Positions 26,024-36,230 of a DNA stretch of 64,000 nucleotides are shown here, one piece after another. The notes beneath the pieces were generated by a model. That model saw only the letters and a list, made by a program, of their open reading frames with translations, was not told the DNA's origin and made no database searches. The stretch lies in sequence record PZ452610.1. The stretch is one strand, 5' to 3'. This DNA comes from a phage. Each line of letters starts with the position of its first letter. Within the stretch, counting starts at the first letter, position 1. Made by a program: the position numbers and the translations under genes.

Positions 26024-26167
26024 CTAGTTAAAGCATTCATACTTTGCTTGTAGTCCAATCATAATCCATCCAATTACAAGTGTTGGAATCATTACTGGAG
26101 CCGTTAAGCTCCAGTAGATAGTCATGACAAGCATCAATAGTAAAAGTCCTATTGTTATTGCTTTCAT
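26024..26167 (-). CDS. Possible small membrane peptide, 47 aa (not in ORF track)
   Basis: ATG overlaps the TGA of the SIS gene (ATGA coupling); MKAITIGLLLLMLVMTIYW... hydrophobic. Confidence 0.3.
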   Translation of the reverse strand: MKAITIGLLLLMLVMTIYWSLTAPVMIPTLVIGWIMIGLQAKYECFN

Positions 26168-26799
26168 TGTTCGCCTCGTAACATGGCACCTAGTGCACCG
26201 CCTGGATGGAACTTAAGAAAGTCATTAGAGGTAAATCCACGTTCAGACGAAAGGTTGATAGCAAACGTATCGATAAGCGCTAACAACAATGTAGTGGACA
26301 TAGTCGGAGCCAGAGAATTCTCATCAACCTCTACCGCGATGCCTGTACAGAAAGAGTAATCAAAAAGGGCTTCATTTTCTTGCGGAATGTCTGGGTTACA
26401 ATGCAACAGAATCTGTTTGACATTTGGACGAATCATTTTAAGATGCTTAGCCACGCCTATCATTTCTTCAGTCTTACCAGAACGACTAATATGAATCAAC
26501 ACATCATTAGGCGCAATGAATCCTGCATCACCGTGAGAATAATGCCCAGTGTTCAAGTACATACTCGGGATACCGAGTGAAGCAAATGTCTCAGAAGCTT
26601 TAGTTGCAATATTAGCATTCTTACCAACACCTGTAATAATTACTCGGCTTTCATAATTACTAAGTCCAGGGCGTCGAAGAGTTTCTAGAATAGCATTATA
26701 ACGAGCAGGGTTTTGACTAATTACTTTGGCCATAGCGGCCAAAGAAGAAGCTTGTTTTATGATTGCGTCAATAGCGATAGTAATAGGAGTAGTTTTCAT
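26164..26799 (-). CDS. Arabinose-5-phosphate isomerase-like SIS-domain protein (KdsD/GutQ type, no CBS domains)
   Basis: 211 aa; VIITGVGKNANIATKASETFASLGIPS...HGD...HISRSGKT and C-terminal HPGGALG parallel the E. coli KdsD SIS domain. Confidence 0.8.
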   Translation of the reverse strand: MKTTPITIAIDAIIKQASSLAAMAKVISQNPARYNAILETLRRPGLSNYESRVIITGVGKNANIATKASETFASLGIPSMYLNTGHYSHGDAGFIAPNDVLIHISRSGKTEEMIGVAKHLKMIRPNVKQILLHCNPDIPQENEALFDYSFCTGIAVEVDENSLAPTMSTTLLLALIDTFAINLSSERGFTSNDFLKFHPGGALGAMLRGEQ

Positions 26800-26839
26800 A
26801 TTTCTCTCATTTAATTAGTTTACCGTCCATGACATTATA

Positions 26840-29551
26840 TCAAAAATCGAACATATCGAACAGAGATGCTTTCTTCTCGTAATCGAGTTTCGCTGCTGAT
26901 GTGAATCCTTCAAGTGGTTTAATAAATGTCTTCTCAAGGAGAACAGTGTAGTCCATCCAATGAAGTACGTCATCTTTAATTAAATCTGTGATTTCAGTAC
27001 CAGAAGGCCATGCGATACATTTATCACCGAACGGGTTTCCTTCACGTAAAGGCAGAACATATACTTTTTCACCTTCTACAACTTGTGGAGCATCAATATT
27101 ACCTTTGATAGCTCTGTTATATGTCAGAATTCCACGAATATGGAACGGACATTTAGGACCAGGGAATCCACCTACATCATATTTAGCAATGTTATTCGCA
27201 GAAGATACCGACGCGATGCTAATATAATTCAATTGACGGAATTCTTTTTCAAACTCTTTAAAATATTCTTGTAATGATTCTTCACCTTCTTGAAGCATAC
27301 GACGAATACATTCTTTAAGAGCTTTCTGTACTGCTTTAGGGGTCGAAGATTTCTGAGTCTCTAGACCCATGATTTTGAGTTTAGGCTCAGCGTAACGAGT
27401 ACCTTCCATATCCCACACGTTTAATGCGTAACGTTTCTTACCAGTCCAGAATCCACCAATACCTTTAGAACCGAGCGGAGGACCAGCGATAGCTTCTCGG
27501 TCCATGAACATTAAGTGTTGTTTATTGTTCATGTATTCACACATTTCACGGAAACCTCTATCAATAGCAGGTTCCATACGTTCACGAGCGAACTTATCTA
27601 AGAAGTCTACCCAATGGTTGGTATCACGGAATTTAGATTCACCAACCTTATCGATAATTTTATCAGCAGATACGTAAATAGAGTCTGTATCACCATAAAG
27701 AACGAAAGCTTCACCTTCTGTACCACAAACTTCGTTCAGATATTCATTAACTTTACGTTCAATCCACTGTAAAGCCATTTGACCAAATGTTGTGATTGCA
27801 GTAGCATTACGCAAATCGTAATAACGGAACCAAACGTTGCCAAGTGCACCATAAAGTGAGTTGATAAGCAATTTACGGTTAATTTGTGCAGTCATACCTG
27901 CAACTTCAGTACGTTGAGCTCTAAACAACATTTCATTAAGAGATTTAGCAGACAACTTTTTAATCTTTTCTTTAATCTCGTCAGTGAAGTCGAAACGATA
28001 ATCAACATCTAATGGTTCGTCAACAGAAAGATTAGGATTATGCAACGCCTCTTTAATTATTTCACCATTACGTTGAGCCGCAAGCATATAACCTTTATGT
28101 TCTTTACGTTGATTAAAGACCTTAGTGATTTCAGTTGGAACTACACCATCACGGTCTTTATAATACATCATGCCATTAGGAGAACAACTGTACACATCTG
28201 AAGGACGTTCAGCGATTGCGTTAATATAATCATGCAGTGGAGCTACTTTAAACGTTCCTGCTATTGTTTCCGGGCTAATATTCACTTGGCGAATAATACT
28301 TGGATACAGAGATGTAAGGTCGAAACTCATTACATATTTGTATCGATTTGGAATAGGTTCCTTAACAAAAGCGCCAGGATAAGGTTGAACCGGGTGAGAA
28401 CGACCTTGTGGAATCACCTTGTTCTGCTCTTTAAGGCTATTAAAAATAATAGCATCCCATGTTTTAATTGGGCTAAACACAGATTGAATCTGTATCTTAG
28501 CATAATAACCCATGTCCAAACTCAAGTTGATGAACTGACGCTTAGCATCAATTTGCAATACACGATACACGTCGATAATGTTATAAGAAATATATCGTTG
28601 GTGATTGCTTTCACGAAGCTTAGAAATAGGGCCGTCATATTTCAGTTTACCAACGTTCAATTCAAATTCTGAAATGTAATCTAGAGAATACGACGGTTGA
28701 TTGGTAAAAGAGAATTTTTTGTAAAGGTCGATATAATCAAGAACAGAGATACCGAACAATGTAATGATTTCACGAGAACCATACATGTTTTCGATAACTT
28801 TAACACGAGTTTTACGATGCGGTGATAAACGTTTCGCAGTAGATTCGCCAAAAATATTCTTGATTCGGTTATACACATATGGAATATCAAATGACTCAAC
28901 GTTCCATCCAGTCAAAATGACAGGAGTTTTCTGTTGCCAGAAGTTGAGATATTCCATCAACAATTCTTTTTCGTTATCGAACGGCATATAAATGATTTTA
29001 TCGATAATTTCAGATGGAACTTCATCACCGCCTTGTTCTTGAAGCTTAGCAGCGATTTCAATAGACCATTCTTCTACATTACCATATGGAGAATTCAATA
29101 GATCAAATACGTAGAACCTGTCGTCAATTGAGTCATAATGGGTGATAGCATCAATCGGATGTTTTGCTTGTGATGGCTCAGGGAACCCATCCGGAGATGT
29201 TACTTCGATGTCGAAGTTAGCCACACGAATTTTTGTATGGTCGTATTTGATTTCATAGTTATAAGTGTCAGACAAATACGCCAATTTGAAATCGTCCATG
29301 CCAAGTGCTTCAAGTCCGATATCTTCCATGCGTTTAATCCATTGGGAGGCATCACGCATATTAGCGAACAACTTACGAGTACACGGCTTACCGTAGATAT
29401 CGAAATATTTCGTAGCCTGACTTTCCGGACAATGAGCAAACAGTGATGGTTTATATTCTACTTCACGAGTACGTTCACGGCCATTAGAATCGATGTAACG
29501 TTCAAAAATTGAATCACCAATCTGTTCAACCGTTAAGTAAAATTCTTTCAT
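26840..29551 (-). CDS. 43: DNA polymerase gp43 (family B); matches RB69 gp43 from memory
   Basis: 903 aa; N-terminus MKEFYLTVEQIGDSIFERYIDSNGRERTREVEYKPSLFAHCP..., exo motif FDIEV, pol motifs DTDS and KKRY. Confidence 0.98.
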   Translation of the reverse strand: MKEFYLTVEQIGDSIFERYIDSNGRERTREVEYKPSLFAHCPESQATKYFDIYGKPCTRKLFANMRDASQWIKRMEDIGLEALGMDDFKLAYLSDTYNYEIKYDHTKIRVANFDIEVTSPDGFPEPSQAKHPIDAITHYDSIDDRFYVFDLLNSPYGNVEEWSIEIAAKLQEQGGDEVPSEIIDKIIYMPFDNEKELLMEYLNFWQQKTPVILTGWNVESFDIPYVYNRIKNIFGESTAKRLSPHRKTRVKVIENMYGSREIITLFGISVLDYIDLYKKFSFTNQPSYSLDYISEFELNVGKLKYDGPISKLRESNHQRYISYNIIDVYRVLQIDAKRQFINLSLDMGYYAKIQIQSVFSPIKTWDAIIFNSLKEQNKVIPQGRSHPVQPYPGAFVKEPIPNRYKYVMSFDLTSLYPSIIRQVNISPETIAGTFKVAPLHDYINAIAERPSDVYSCSPNGMMYYKDRDGVVPTEITKVFNQRKEHKGYMLAAQRNGEIIKEALHNPNLSVDEPLDVDYRFDFTDEIKEKIKKLSAKSLNEMLFRAQRTEVAGMTAQINRKLLINSLYGALGNVWFRYYDLRNATAITTFGQMALQWIERKVNEYLNEVCGTEGEAFVLYGDTDSIYVSADKIIDKVGESKFRDTNHWVDFLDKFARERMEPAIDRGFREMCEYMNNKQHLMFMDREAIAGPPLGSKGIGGFWTGKKRYALNVWDMEGTRYAEPKLKIMGLETQKSSTPKAVQKALKECIRRMLQEGEESLQEYFKEFEKEFRQLNYISIASVSSANNIAKYDVGGFPGPKCPFHIRGILTYNRAIKGNIDAPQVVEGEKVYVLPLREGNPFGDKCIAWPSGTEITDLIKDDVLHWMDYTVLLEKTFIKPLEGFTSAAKLDYEKKASLFDMFDF

Positions 29552-29562
29552 TTAATTTCCTT

Positions 29563-29578
29563 TAGACGAGTTATTGTC
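29563..29578 (-). promoter_or_regulatory. Candidate gene 43 translational operator hairpin
   Basis: Minus strand AGAC-AATAACTC-GTCT (4-bp stem, 8-nt loop) directly abutting SD AAAGGAAA and the gp43 ATG. Confidence 0.5.
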
Positions 29579-29600
29579 TTTTGTTTGTTGATGAACTTAT

Positions 29601-29626
29601 TATACTCCAAATGGGACCGAAGTCCC
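29601..29626 (-). terminator. Hairpin ATGGGAC-TTCG-GTCCCAT after regA
   Basis: 7-bp stem with UUCG loop; weak T tail. Confidence 0.4.
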
Positions 29627-29632
29627 ATTGCT

Positions 29633-30001
29633 TTAATTACCAATTGTATATTTTGCTTTCAAAGTCCAGTCATCTTTCTGTTTAAAAGAGATAACACGGA
29701 AGTTATTAGTCAGGCCAAACAGATCTTCACGAGCAGAGTCTTCAATAACAATCAATCCCCAGTCTTCAAGCAACTGAGCAATCGAATCACGTCGCTGATA
29801 GTCTTCACCATCAATATCAACCTGACGTCCGTCCATACGCAGCATTTCTTTAAAGTGGACGATGTAATATTTACCTTGCTTTTGGAGGATATGACAAGAC
29901 TGGTAAAGGACTTTATCCTTGTTATTAGCGATGCCCATACGGGTTAGAGTCTCTTTGACTTTCAGAAAATCTTCAGGGTTCTTCAATTTAATTTCAATCA
30001 T
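29633..30001 (-). CDS. regA: Translational repressor RegA
   Basis: MIEIKLKNPEDFLKVKETLTRMGIANNKDKVLYQSCHILQK... closely matches T4 RegA; start at internal Met of track ORF. Confidence 0.9.
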   Translation of the reverse strand: MIEIKLKNPEDFLKVKETLTRMGIANNKDKVLYQSCHILQKQGKYYIVHFKEMLRMDGRQVDIDGEDYQRRDSIAQLLEDWGLIVIEDSAREDLFGLTNNFRVISFKQKDDWTLKAKYTIGN

Positions 30002-30003
30002 TT

Positions 30004-30567
30004 TTACCATTCCAATGCTAATTTTTTAAATTGTTTTTGTTCTTTTACGTTTTTAGTAACTTCTTTGAGAAATTCATCAGTGACCATGGCCTTCAGTTCT
30101 TTAAGGACTATTGGCAGCTTGTTATTTTTTTCAAGGAGCCGCTTATACTCGGTAGCATCATTCATGTTGATTGTGTAATGTTTCATCAACAGTTTGATAA
30201 CTAGTAACTCTGAAGTGTCTTCGACTAGTTTAGCCCATTTAGAGAATCGACGACCACGCGGAATTGCCGCCATCATATAGTTGAAGTGCGCTTCATCACT
30301 TAATTCAGAACCGACTAAGTTCATCATGTAAACGGCTGGCATACATTCTGGAAACTGGGATAACGAGTTCTCAACCATAAATTTTGAGTAGTCGACCTGA
30401 GCAATTGACATAGATTTCTTTTCATTAATAGCATTAATGATTTTAAAGAATTCATTCTCAGGTTTTTCTTTAAACATATCAGCACATTTTTGAATCGCAT
30501 CAGCGTCATTAGACTTCCATGCAATTTGGTGCTCGTTAAGCTGGACGTCATCATCGAATAAGTTCAT
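30004..30567 (-). CDS. 62: Clamp loader small subunit gp62
   Basis: 187 aa, same length and position as T4 gp62, adjacent to gp44. Confidence 0.85.
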   Translation of the reverse strand: MNLFDDDVQLNEHQIAWKSNDADAIQKCADMFKEKPENEFFKIINAINEKKSMSIAQVDYSKFMVENSLSQFPECMPAVYMMNLVGSELSDEAHFNYMMAAIPRGRRFSKWAKLVEDTSELLVIKLLMKHYTINMNDATEYKRLLEKNNKLPIVLKELKAMVTDEFLKEVTKNVKEQKQFKKLALEW

Positions 30568-30568
30568 A

Positions 30569-31531
30569 TTATTTCCAAGTCAGTTCACAGGTCAGTTGAA
30601 GAAGCATATACATAACATGTAATTCAATATTACTTGCTAGTCCATGAAACTTATTATTTTCGCCTGCAATTTCGTAAAGCGAAATAATACTTTTACCAGG
30701 TGCAACTTGGTCATAACATTCTGAAACTAATTTATCTATGAACCATGAATAATCTGCAGCATATTTTGGAGCTAATGCACGAAGTTGTTTGATATCTTTG
30801 TTCTTCATTGCTTCGATAACATCAGAGACTGTGCCACGGTCATTAGTTACGATAGACAGAATACCTGCATCAAGAACACCTTTAGACGAGTACTGGTCTA
30901 ATTGGCCAATTGTACGACGAAAGTCTGGGAAGTTCTTTTTAACCAGAGCTGCAACAACTTTCATATCAGCGATTTCGATATTTTCGTTCTTACAGATTTC
31001 AACCATACGATGAATCATTTTCTTCATCATCGAGATTTTATCTTCTTCAGTCGGACGACCGAATTCTATAACTCGACAACGGCTACGTAATGGTTCAATA
31101 ATTCCATCAATGTTGTTGGCAGTAATAATAATAGAACAGTTACTAGAGAATTCTTCCATAAACGTACGAAGGTGACGTTGTGATTCGGCGAGGCCACTAC
31201 GGTCAAATTCATCAATAACAATAACTTTAGGCTTGCCTTCCATTGAGACTGAACGAGCGAATGCAGTTAACGGACCACGCACAAAATCAATCTTACAATC
31301 AGAACCGTTGACGAACATCATTTCGGCATTGATATCATTACATAATGCTTTTGCTACGGTTGTTTTACCTGTACCAGGAGAAGGAGAGTGCAAAATAATA
31401 TGAGGAAGTTTTCCTTTAGATACTAAAGACTTGAATGTTTCATGGTCATACGCAGGCAGAATACATTCGTCAATGGAAGAAGGACGATATTTCTGTTCTA
31501 GAATGTGTTCTTTGGAATTGATAGTAATCAT
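30569..31531 (-). CDS. 44: Clamp loader large subunit gp44 (AAA+)
   Basis: 320 aa; Walker [11 protein letters not shown], Walker B VIVIDEFD. Confidence 0.95.
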   Translation of the reverse strand: MITINSKEHILEQKYRPSSIDECILPAYDHETFKSLVSKGKLPHIILHSPSPGTGKTTVAKALCNDINAEMMFVNGSDCKIDFVRGPLTAFARSVSMEGKPKVIVIDEFDRSGLAESQRHLRTFMEEFSSNCSIIITANNIDGIIEPLRSRCRVIEFGRPTEEDKISMMKKMIHRMVEICKNENIEIADMKVVAALVKKNFPDFRRTIGQLDQYSSKGVLDAGILSIVTNDRGTVSDVIEAMKNKDIKQLRALAPKYAADYSWFIDKLVSECYDQVAPGKSIISLYEIAGENNKFHGLASNIELHVMYMLLQLTCELTWK

Positions 31532-31606
31532 GTAATTTTCCTCATTATCATTAAACTGGAGGATTTCTCCTCCATAATCGTATCACATTAAACGTAAATC
31601 TTTGTC

Positions 31607-32293
31607 TTAGAAGTCGTGAGTAGAATCGGCTTCCATTGCAATAACATAACTTACTTGAGAGCTTTCAAACTTGGCTGCAACTTTATCACCAGCTCCCCAC
31701 AACATTACTTTATAGTTACCTGGCTGGATTTTCATATTAGCCATATTGATTACAAAGTTAAAGTTATTAGAACCATCATAATCGGTAAGAGTCAAAGAAT
31801 ACTTAGGACGAGTTAGTCCGGAATCTTCAACTTTATTGTAACCGTTGATAACAATTTTACCATCTTTATTTGTAATAGCAATTGTATCAATCTGGAGACC
31901 ACGTGAAACTCGAAGCAATTGTTGAAGGTCTTCAGCTTTAATTTCAGTAATCACAGAAGCCACCGGGAATTGAATTGGCTTATTAGGAAAAACAATGGTG
32001 CTCTTGTCGGCAGCAGGCCAATAAACTGTGGAACGTGTATCTGCAATTTTAATATTGCCATCGGTGTGCATTGAAATTTCAGCATCATCAGACACTAGAC
32101 TCAAAATGCTTAAGAAGCTATTCAAATCATAAAGTGCTACGTCAAAATCAATTTCATCGGAGATATTTGCTTCTGCATAAGTGGTGCCATTAACTGCACG
32201 GGTCATAATAAATTTACCTTGACTCAGCAGAATGCCGGAGTTAATAGAGGCAAAGTTTTTCAGAATAGCGATAGTATCTTTAGACAGTTTCAT
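31607..32293 (-). CDS. 45: Sliding clamp gp45
   Basis: MKLSKDTIAILKNFASINSGILL matches T4 gp45 N-terminus; ATG 32293 with SD AAAGGAAA. Confidence 0.9.
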   Translation of the reverse strand: MKLSKDTIAILKNFASINSGILLSQGKFIMTRAVNGTTYAEANISDEIDFDVALYDLNSFLSILSLVSDDAEISMHTDGNIKIADTRSTVYWPAADKSTIVFPNKPIQFPVASVITEIKAEDLQQLLRVSRGLQIDTIAITNKDGKIVINGYNKVEDSGLTRPKYSLTLTDYDGSNNFNFVINMANMKIQPGNYKVMLWGAGDKVAAKFESSQVSYVIAMEADSTHDF

Positions 32294-32335
32294 TTTATTT
32301 CCTTTCAAGACAATTCAAAGTTTATAACAAATTTA

Positions 32336-32752
32336 TTATGCAGCAACCATCTGCTTTTTAATAGCTTCAGGCAGTGATTCAATATATTCTGGAATTTTAG
32401 AAGCAACAATTTCGCCAGCTGCAATTAATTGTTCATCGGCATCAACACAGTAGAAATCTTCCAGACGCTCAGAACCATCTTTATCAAGAACGATTTTTCC
32501 ACCTGCTTCAATAGAATCTTTATAGTGCTTACGCATCAGATGAATCCACATATCAGATACATCGTTATCAATAAAACCATAAATCATAAAACGAGTTTCT
32601 TGTGGCAAAGATTGAAGCTTTTTAGCACTTGCGTCATCACAATGCAGGACCCATGCTTTACGAACACGATTATGGTTATGCGGGTTAGCGTCAGTACGGA
32701 TAGAAGTAACTTTCAGATCAGCAGCAGTGAAACCTTTAGCAGTAGTAAACAT
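32336..32752 (-). CDS. rpbA: RpbA-like RNA polymerase-binding protein
   Basis: 138 aa ORF at the T4 rpbA position between 45 and 45.2. Confidence 0.5.
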   Translation of the reverse strand: MFTTAKGFTAADLKVTSIRTDANPHNHNRVRKAWVLHCDDASAKKLQSLPQETRFMIYGFIDNDVSDMWIHLMRKHYKDSIEAGGKIVLDKDGSERLEDFYCVDADEQLIAAGEIVASKIPEYIESLPEAIKKQMVAA

Positions 32753-32764
32753 ATTATTTCTCTC

Positions 32765-32965
32765 TTATTCGTAGAAGTCAGTAACTGTCCATGCGGAATT
32801 GCGATTAGACATTATTTTATTATACTCATCTTTAAAAGCAGATTTGAGCATTTGTTCAGTAACAATATGTTCTTCACCTGAAAACGTATTGGTCAAAACA
32901 TATTTTTTAATTTCAGGGACAACAAGAAGATGTTGTCCGGTTGAATACTCCATGTTGTTCTCCAT
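32765..32965 (-). CDS. Hypothetical protein, 66 aa (45.2 position)
   Basis: ORF in operon context. Confidence 0.5.
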   Translation of the reverse strand: MENNMEYSTGQHLLVVPEIKKYVLTNTFSGEEHIVTEQMLKSAFKDEYNKIMSNRNSAWTVTDFYE

Positions 32966-33007
32966 TTAATTTGATGTGGTCATTATAACCACATCGTGTT
33001 AAAGCGT

Positions 33008-34696
33008 TTATGAAACAGTCATTACAGTAAATCGTCCAACTTTGCTCATTTGAAGATGTTGTCCATAACGTTGAGGGTCATGGTCTCTATGAGAAATAAT
33101 GAACACGTTAGTATTTTGTAAACTTCCAAGAATGGTATCTATAGCCTTAACAGCCTCAGAATCTACAGCGCCGTCAAAAACTTCGTCAAGAATAAGAGTG
33201 TTGATTTTAACACCAGAGACCTTTTCAGCAATATCTCGCCATGTAAACAACAATGCGATATCGATACGTGCCTTTTCACCTTGACTAAATGAAGCATAAC
33301 TAAAATCTTCACGACCACGTGATTTTATAGATTCATTGAATTCTTCATCAATAGAAAACACGTAATCGGCTTCCATGATTTTAAGATAATGGTTAATCTG
33401 CTTGTTGAACAGAGGCACATATTTTTTAATGATAGCACCTTTAATACCAGAATCTTTTAACATATCTGTGATAATACCACGATGGTATTTTTCAAGAACG
33501 ATATCCGATTTTGTTTTAATGATTTTATCAAGTTCTTTTTGAAGCAAAGCTATCTCATCGGCATGGTCGATAAATTCCGCCGAGGCTTGTTCTATTGCAG
33601 CTTTAACTTTCTTAGCTTTATCAATAGTGGCAATCATTGCTTGTTTCTTGGTACGAATATCAGATGCAAGGTCCTGCTTAGTCTTAACATTAGCTCTATA
33701 TTCGTCCACTAGGACACTCAGATTATCTCTGTGGCAGGTAAGTTGCTCGAATGAGTGATTACATTCATGAAGCTTATCGGTAATCTTAGAGACAATAGGG
33801 TCACCCTGGTGCAACTGTGATGCGCAAGTAGGACATGTACCGCCATCATGATACATCTTAATAACTTTGTTATATGAGTCAATTTTAGATTTAATCAAGA
33901 ATGCTTCTTGTCCTATCTTGTTGAATGCCTCAGTAGGGTCTTCGTCAAGAACGATATTAAGTAGACGCTCGTTAGCTTCTTCGATTTCTGCTTTTAATGA
34001 CCGAGCTTCTTTGGCTAGGTCGTCGTACATATTCTGTAGACGCGCTACATTATCACCAGATAATTTCTTTTGACGTTCGATGTTCTCATTATAAATCTTA
34101 ATTTGTTGGATAATACCATCTTTCTTGGCATCGAGAACTTGTCCCTGGGAATTAAGTTCTCGAACTTGAGACTTATTGATTTTATCCATTTCAGCGAGTG
34201 TGCCAACTTCTAATAAGTCTTCAACAAGCTTTCTGCGAGCAGGGGTGCTAAGAGCCATGAAAGGGGTATACCCTGCCGTCCCAAGCACAACGATTTGTTT
34301 AAAAGACGCGTATGACATTCCGATGCTACGTTCAAATTCTTCTTGGAAGTCACGACTGCTGGCAGATTCATCAAGACGAACACCGTCAACGGAGATTTCG
34401 AAAATATTGGGCTTTTGGCCACGTTTAATGAAGTATTTTTTACCATCGAATTCCATCCAAAGCTCAACTAAGAGCTCTTTCTTGTTCGTGCTATTAATGA
34501 TTTGTCCTTTCTTAACATCACGAAATGGTTTACCGAAAAGTCCGAAAGTGATGGCTTCTAACATCGTAGATTTACCACCGCCGTTTTTACCAGTGATTAA
34601 TGTCTTTTGGACTTTATCTAATTGGATATCAATAGGATTCCCACCTACCGACATGATGTTTTGATAACGAACACGATTTAATTTAAATGATTTCAT
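33008..34696 (-). CDS. 46: Recombination endonuclease subunit gp46 (Rad50/SbcC-like ATPase)
   Basis: 562 aa; Walker A GKNGGGKST, central coiled-coil with CPTC zinc hook, Walker B LILDEV. Confidence 0.95.
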   Translation of the reverse strand: MKSFKLNRVRYQNIMSVGGNPIDIQLDKVQKTLITGKNGGGKSTMLEAITFGLFGKPFRDVKKGQIINSTNKKELLVELWMEFDGKKYFIKRGQKPNIFEISVDGVRLDESASSRDFQEEFERSIGMSYASFKQIVVLGTAGYTPFMALSTPARRKLVEDLLEVGTLAEMDKINKSQVRELNSQGQVLDAKKDGIIQQIKIYNENIERQKKLSGDNVARLQNMYDDLAKEARSLKAEIEEANERLLNIVLDEDPTEAFNKIGQEAFLIKSKIDSYNKVIKMYHDGGTCPTCASQLHQGDPIVSKITDKLHECNHSFEQLTCHRDNLSVLVDEYRANVKTKQDLASDIRTKKQAMIATIDKAKKVKAAIEQASAEFIDHADEIALLQKELDKIIKTKSDIVLEKYHRGIITDMLKDSGIKGAIIKKYVPLFNKQINHYLKIMEADYVFSIDEEFNESIKSRGREDFSYASFSQGEKARIDIALLFTWRDIAEKVSGVKINTLILDEVFDGAVDSEAVKAIDTILGSLQNTNVFIISHRDHDPQRYGQHLQMSKVGRFTVMTVS

Positions 34697-34941
34697 ATGT
34701 ATTCTCTTCGAATGAAGTCCTCTACATATTTTAACATGTCATCTCTATCAGCAAAATACTCATCTAGTTCTGCATACATAACAACACCCGGTGCGTACTC
34801 ACAGGTAACATACATTGTTCCAAAGAAACGAGGAGTTGTCTCCTCATAATTCTCAGTCCATTCAACGATACCAATATAACCGTCACCAATACTAAATTCG
34901 TGACGATGGATTTCATAGTCAGTCTTCGTCATTATACGCAT
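34693..34941 (-). CDS. Hypothetical protein, 82 aa
   Basis: ORF between 46 and 47. Confidence 0.5.
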   Translation of the reverse strand: MRIMTKTDYEIHRHEFSIGDGYIGIVEWTENYEETTPRFFGTMYVTCEYAPGVVMYAELDEYFADRDDMLKYVEDFIRREYI

Positions 34942-35176
34942 CCTCGATACATGCTTCAGCCATTTTAAGAATAGAGCCAGGAGTATCGTTGTCCATTATA
35001 TTAAAGCTAAATTCAATAGCCCAGTCGGTACAGACATGAACGGCTTTAACTTCATTGCCTTCAACGCGTAATGGCTCAATCCAATACTTGATAGTGTTCT
35101 CGAATCCATCATCATCTTTAACGTCTATTTCAACTTCAAGCCCAAGCCCGGCATTGTTAAATTCATCTAAAGTCAT
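34919..35176 (-). CDS. Hypothetical acidic protein, 85 aa
   Basis: ORF between 46 and 47. Confidence 0.5.
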   Translation of the reverse strand: MTLDEFNNAGLGLEVEIDVKDDDGFENTIKYWIEPLRVEGNEVKAVHVCTDWAIEFSFNIMDNDTPGSILKMAEACIEDAYNDED

Positions 35177-36192
35177 TGTGTTGCCTCAATATAAAGTTCG
35201 TTAGAATATTTGACCAGCGCTTCTCTGTCTTCGTCTGAGATATCTGGAATCGCGTCAATATATTCTTTAATGATATCTTGAAGTGATTTAATCTCGATTT
35301 CCTGGTCGTCATCAGATTCAACACTGTTATCAACTTTAGAAACCATACGAAGAGAGTGAACTACTTTTTCAAGTTCAGATTCAAACTTAGTCAACTCTGA
35401 ATCAATTTCTGATACTATAACACGTACGGCTAGATTAGTATAATCAGAATAATTGATTTTGCCTTTAAACGGATAAGTGATTCTTCGATGCCATGTTGTT
35501 TCATTAGGAATAAATTCCATACGTTCAACATCAGTGTCAAATACCCAGAATCCACGCGGGTCGTTCTCATCACCTGCAGTAAGGGTCCACGGTGTTCCAA
35601 TATATTTGACGTTAGCAGCTTCAGAGATTGTGTGGAAGTGGCCTGACCAGACTTGTTTATAAGTCTTTAAGAAATCAGGTTCAAGCCCATGAGACTTCAT
35701 CCCTTTATAGAAATAAAAGCCGTTCAGTTCCCAGTGCCCAACACAATACGCAGCAGAAGAAGTCTTGATGTGCTCTAAGATTTCACCTGTATTTTCTTCA
35801 CACATCCATGGAACGATATCAATCAGACATCCGTCAAAATCTACAGTAGTCGGATGCTCATAAATAGTAAAGTTTTCAAATTGAGTTAACAATTCAGAAA
35901 CAGTGTTAGGTGTTATTGTATTCTTAAACGCCATGTCATGGTTTCCTATCGTGACATGAACGTGAATGCCTGCTTTAGAAATCATATCAACGATTTCACG
36001 ATTGAATTCCATTGTACGATGTGTTATTGCTTTACGGACGTCAAACCAATCACCGTACTGAATCCAAGTTTTAATCCCGTGTTTCTTAGAGTATTCAATT
36101 GCTTGTCGAATACCATCACGTTGAATATCTTGAACCCATGGGTCGTCTTGTTTGACTCCGATATGGAAGTCGCCTAAGTGCAAAATTTTCAT
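35173..36192 (-). CDS. 47: Recombination nuclease subunit gp47 (Mre11/SbcD-like)
   Basis: 339 aa; phosphoesterase motifs LHLGDFH, GNHD, GHWE. Confidence 0.95.
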   Translation of the reverse strand: MKILHLGDFHIGVKQDDPWVQDIQRDGIRQAIEYSKKHGIKTWIQYGDWFDVRKAITHRTMEFNREIVDMISKAGIHVHVTIGNHDMAFKNTITPNTVSELLTQFENFTIYEHPTTVDFDGCLIDIVPWMCEENTGEILEHIKTSSAAYCVGHWELNGFYFYKGMKSHGLEPDFLKTYKQVWSGHFHTISEAANVKYIGTPWTLTAGDENDPRGFWVFDTDVERMEFIPNETTWHRRITYPFKGKINYSDYTNLAVRVIVSEIDSELTKFESELEKVVHSLRMVSKVDNSVESDDDQEIEIKSLQDIIKEYIDAIPDISDEDREALVKYSNELYIEATQ

Positions 36193-36230
36193 ATTATTTC
36201 CTCATTAGTTAATTCATTTTATCATCCGTT

